From contig JAGWWP010000001.1 of NCBI GenBank assembly GCA_018970325.1, positions 7,889 through 71,888 of the forward strand: DNA of 64,000 bases, given 5' to 3'. Source of the stretch: Cyanobacteria bacterium REEB446. Lineage in GTDB: Bacteria > Cyanobacteriota > Vampirovibrionia > LMEP-6097. The position numbers were made by a program, and so were the translations under genes. A model generated the notes under the pieces. That model had not been told where the DNA came from and did not search any database. It saw only the letters and a program-made list of their open reading frames with translations. Shown piece by piece: positions 61,084-64,000 of this stretch (position 1 is the first letter of the stretch; every line of letters begins with the position of its first letter).

Positions 61084-62931
61084 ATGAAAAACCTTGTTTT
61101 TCGCCATAAATTATTGGCTTTTCAGGTGAGGAGTTTTCTGTATTTTTCTGTATACCTGAGCCTATTTTTATTAAGCTCAGCCTGTTCTAAAATCTCTTTA
61201 AGTCAGTCTTTATCAGGGACTTTTCAGAATGCTGGAGATAAGCAAAAGTCCCAGGTTAATTTTAAAGAGAAATTACGGTCCCGCTTTGGCGGCACTTTAA
61301 AGCTAACTCAGCGCGGACAGGATGCTAAAACTCTTAACCCTTGGACTTCTACTGAAGCAACTAGTGGTGAATATGGCTCACTGATGTTTCCTGGACTAGT
61401 AAAGTTTAATCCAGATACTGATAAGGCAGAGCCTTTACTTGCTGAAAGCTTTGAGATAAGTAAAGATGAAAAGACTATTACTGTAAAATTACGTGAAAAG
61501 CTTTACTGGAGTGATGGTCAGCCGATAACAGCTGATGATGTGCTTTTTACTTGGAATGAGCTTTTAATACAGGGAATAGCTTTAAGCTCAGCTCGGGATA
61601 TTATTAATATAAATGGTAAATTTCCAGAAGTCATTAAGTTAGATGATAAGACCATAGAATTCAAAACCAGTGAGGTTTTTGCACCATTTCTTAGAAGTTT
61701 AGGCATAGAAATAGCTCCGAAGCATGATGTAGAAAGATTCTTTAAAAAACATAAGGCTAAAACCTTTTCTGAAAAGCAGAAAGCTTTCGAGAAATATTTA
61801 AGTATTTTTACTAAACCTGAGGAGATAGTCAGTTCTGGACCTTTTAAATTTTCTAAAATTCAACGTGGTGAAAGAATAGAATTCATCAGAAATCCTCTTT
61901 ACTATGATGTTGATAGTGAGACGGGAAAAAGGCTTCCATATTTTAATCGTTTAATTTACTCATATATTCAGGATGATAGCGCTGATATTTTTAAGTTTCT
62001 AGCTAAAGAATCAGATGTTTTAGGTGTAAGCCCTGCTAATGCTGCACTCGCAAAGGAACTCAGTAAAAAATATAATTACACACTGTATGATCTGGGAACT
62101 AGTAATACTACGAATTTTATCTGGTTTAATCTGAGTAAAAACGTTCCAAAGCCACAGTATGACTGGTTTAATAATTTAGTTTTCAGAGAAGCCGTTTCGC
62201 TTGCGATAGATAGGAAAAGCATTATTAATAATGTTTATCAAGGCTTAGGTACACCACTTAGTTCTGCTTTAGGAGAAAATTCTTCTTTCCTCAATTTAGA
62301 TTTAAAGGTAAATAAGCGAGCTTTAGCTAAGGATGCTTTGAAACTCTTAATAGCAGATGGTTTTCGTTTCGATGCGAAAAATAAAATTCTCTACGATAAA
62401 AACTCTAATAGGGTGGAGTTCGATTTACTCTCTAATTCAGGTTCTCGGGAAAGAGAATTAATGGGAGTGATTATCAGTGATAATTTGGCTGAGATAGGCA
62501 TAAAGGTTAATTTTAAATTACTGGAGTTTAATAATTATGTCGGTAGAATTATGCAGGGTCAAAACTACTCTGCTGGCATATTAGCTCTCGGCGGTGGTTC
62601 TAATAATGAGCCTAATACTGGAGCTAATGTCTGGAAGAGTGATGGCAGGCTACATCTGTTTGATCCTAAAGGTTTTCAGAAACAGCCTTTAATTAGAGAC
62701 TGGGAAAGAGAGATAGATGAGCAGTTTATTAAAGGAGTGCAGACTTTAGATTTTAATGAGCGTAAGGCTATTTATGATGAGTTTCAGGTTACAGTTTTTA
62801 AATACAAACCACTTATATATTTAGCTAGCCCTAAAACCTTCGCTGCAATTAGGAATGATTTAAGAGGTATTCGTAAAACTAAATATGGGGGCATGATCCC
62901 AGATATCGCGAAGTGTTATAGGGGCGTGTAG
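61084..62931 (+). CDS. ABC transporter substrate-binding protein, family 5 (peptide/nickel, OppA/DppA-like)
   Basis: Signal peptide/lipobox-like N-terminus, SBP_bac_5-like length and motifs (GGTLKLTQRGQDAKTLNPW...). Confidence 0.65.
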   Translation: MKNLVFRHKLLAFQVRSFLYFSVYLSLFLLSSACSKISLSQSLSGTFQNAGDKQKSQVNFKEKLRSRFGGTLKLTQRGQDAKTLNPWTSTEATSGEYGSLMFPGLVKFNPDTDKAEPLLAESFEISKDEKTITVKLREKLYWSDGQPITADDVLFTWNELLIQGIALSSARDIININGKFPEVIKLDDKTIEFKTSEVFAPFLRSLGIEIAPKHDVERFFKKHKAKTFSEKQKAFEKYLSIFTKPEEIVSSGPFKFSKIQRGERIEFIRNPLYYDVDSETGKRLPYFNRLIYSYIQDDSADIFKFLAKESDVLGVSPANAALAKELSKKYNYTLYDLGTSNTTNFIWFNLSKNVPKPQYDWFNNLVFREAVSLAIDRKSIINNVYQGLGTPLSSALGENSSFLNLDLKVNKRALAKDALKLLIADGFRFDAKNKILYDKNSNRVEFDLLSNSGSRERELMGVIISDNLAEIGIKVNFKLLEFNNYVGRIMQGQNYSAGILALGGGSNNEPNTGANVWKSDGRLHLFDPKGFQKQPLIRDWEREIDEQFIKGVQTLDFNERKAIYDEFQVTVFKYKPLIYLASPKTFAAIRNDLRGIRKTKYGGMIPDIAKCYRGV

Positions 62932-62940
62932 CGAAATTTC

Positions 62941-62958
62941 AATTTCTGCGTTTTCGTC
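62941..62958. repeat. 18-bp inverted repeat, left arm (aatttctgcgttttcgtc)
   Basis: Perfect reverse complement of 63883-63900; the two arms bracket the 63048-63866 gene. Confidence 0.8.
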
Positions 62959-63047
62959 ATACTTGAACTAGTATATACATTTCTGTTATTATATATATTT
63001 AATGGTAAGCTTGCCCACGGTGCTGTTTTACTGTAGGAGATTAATTC

Positions 63048-63866
63048 GTGCCTTTACCCATAATAGGTACTGCTACTGAGGCTGTTAAGTCGGTCGCCAC
63101 CAATGCTTTACAGACTGCTGTGCCTACGTCTCTTGTTGCTGGAGCAGATGTTATACAAGCAAACCAAGAAAAGAAAACAGCGAAGATTAAAGAAGAAGCT
63201 CGAAATACTGAGAAGAATATTTCTCAGAGTAAGCTAGATGATGCTAGAAAAACGATTACTAGTATAGTTCAGCCTGGTATAAATATTTTTAATCCTATGA
63301 ACTTATTAAGTAATGCTTGGTATTTTTTAGTAGATTTATTACCGATTAAACACAGTTCTAATAAGATTCTCGCTGATAATTTAGAGATTTTTCGTAACCA
63401 GCATCAGACTAAAGACTTTCAGACACGTGCGATGGAAGTTTTTAGAGCCCATTTAACATTTCTGGATATAGATATGCAGCGTATGGGGTCTAAGCCGCCT
63501 ATTTTTAATATTTTTCCATTTAATCTTTTCGGAAAGCAGAACGCTGAAAGGGAAAGAACTCTAGCTGAGAAGACCAAATATCTTCCAGAACTAGTACAGA
63601 GTCTAAGTGAGCATTTAGATTTTATTAAAGAAGAGATGGTTCTGAATACGGCTCAAGGGCATACTGGTTTTACAGATAGCGAGGGCAGATATATTCCAGC
63701 ACTGACAGTGAAAGACTTTGAAGATTTAAGAAAATTCTCTGCGGAAATTTCAGATGGTGGTAAATATTCTAAACTGAAGAATTATCCACCTATGCAGCAG
63801 ATTAAAGCGAAGGTAGATGAAATGGTGCAAGAGCTAAAACCAGCTTTCGATGGGTATGCACATTAA
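63048..63866 (+). CDS. hypothetical protein (272 aa)
   Basis: ORF only; bracketed by 18-bp inverted repeats. Confidence 0.4.
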   Translation: MPLPIIGTATEAVKSVATNALQTAVPTSLVAGADVIQANQEKKTAKIKEEARNTEKNISQSKLDDARKTITSIVQPGINIFNPMNLLSNAWYFLVDLLPIKHSSNKILADNLEIFRNQHQTKDFQTRAMEVFRAHLTFLDIDMQRMGSKPPIFNIFPFNLFGKQNAERERTLAEKTKYLPELVQSLSEHLDFIKEEMVLNTAQGHTGFTDSEGRYIPALTVKDFEDLRKFSAEISDGGKYSKLKNYPPMQQIKAKVDEMVQELKPAFDGYAH

Positions 63867-63882
63867 AGAAAAGTTTCTACGA

Positions 63883-63900
63883 CGAAAACGCAGAAATTAG
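63883..63900. repeat. 18-bp inverted repeat, right arm (gacgaaaacgcagaaatt)
   Basis: See left arm. Confidence 0.8.
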
Positions 63901-64000
63901 AGGTAAGAGCACTTCCTAAAGGCACTTTCTGAGCAGCTCTTCAAGCTCAAGCTTGTACTCATTAAATGTAGACTGGCTTTTATCAGATTTAACTGAATTT

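Overview
AT-rich (visually about one-third GC) bacterial chromosomal segment. Housekeeping genes (cysE, rdgB, rsmH, ssb, rpsF, eno, ftsZ, ffh, nuoL, nuoB/C, an RND efflux pair, an SSS symporter, an ABC substrate-binding protein) are interleaved with large unrecognisable proteins and two accessory patches. Patch 1 (about 16.5-22.7 kb) holds a DUF4143-type AAA+ ATPase translationally coupled to a SIR2_2-like protein, then a DUF2442 gene, a KAP-family P-loop NTPase and a RelE/ParE-type toxin-antitoxin pair. Patch 2 (about 34-55 kb) is a defence island bounded by DUF4143 ATPase paralogs on the left and a degenerate Fic gene on the right. It contains a Type III R-M system (mod-res), a PHP-domain + SMC/ABC-type ATPase resembling the single-gene Ppl system fused in operon with an AlbA_2/HATPase_c_4 protein, and a complete type I Zorya-like operon (MotA-like ZorA with a long helical tail, MotB/OmpA-like ZorB, ZorC, SNF2-helicase + Mrr nuclease ZorD). 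The most unusual signal is a ~240-bp conserved element present twice in the same orientation (41290-41530 and 53822-54060). It flanks the Ppl/Zorya block, carries a GC-rich hairpin followed by a T-run, and shows compensatory base changes between the copies, so it looks like a structured RNA or regulatory module shared by defence operons. Other notable points are 3x12-bp tandem repeats upstream of a canonical Fic gene, 18-bp perfect inverted repeats bracketing the last gene, a DEDD exonuclease homolog that has lost its catalytic acidic residues, a truncated DUF4143 ATPase, and a 1078-aa protein with a ~200-aa internal duplication. No rRNA, tRNA, CRISPR array or recognisable transposase/integrase was found.
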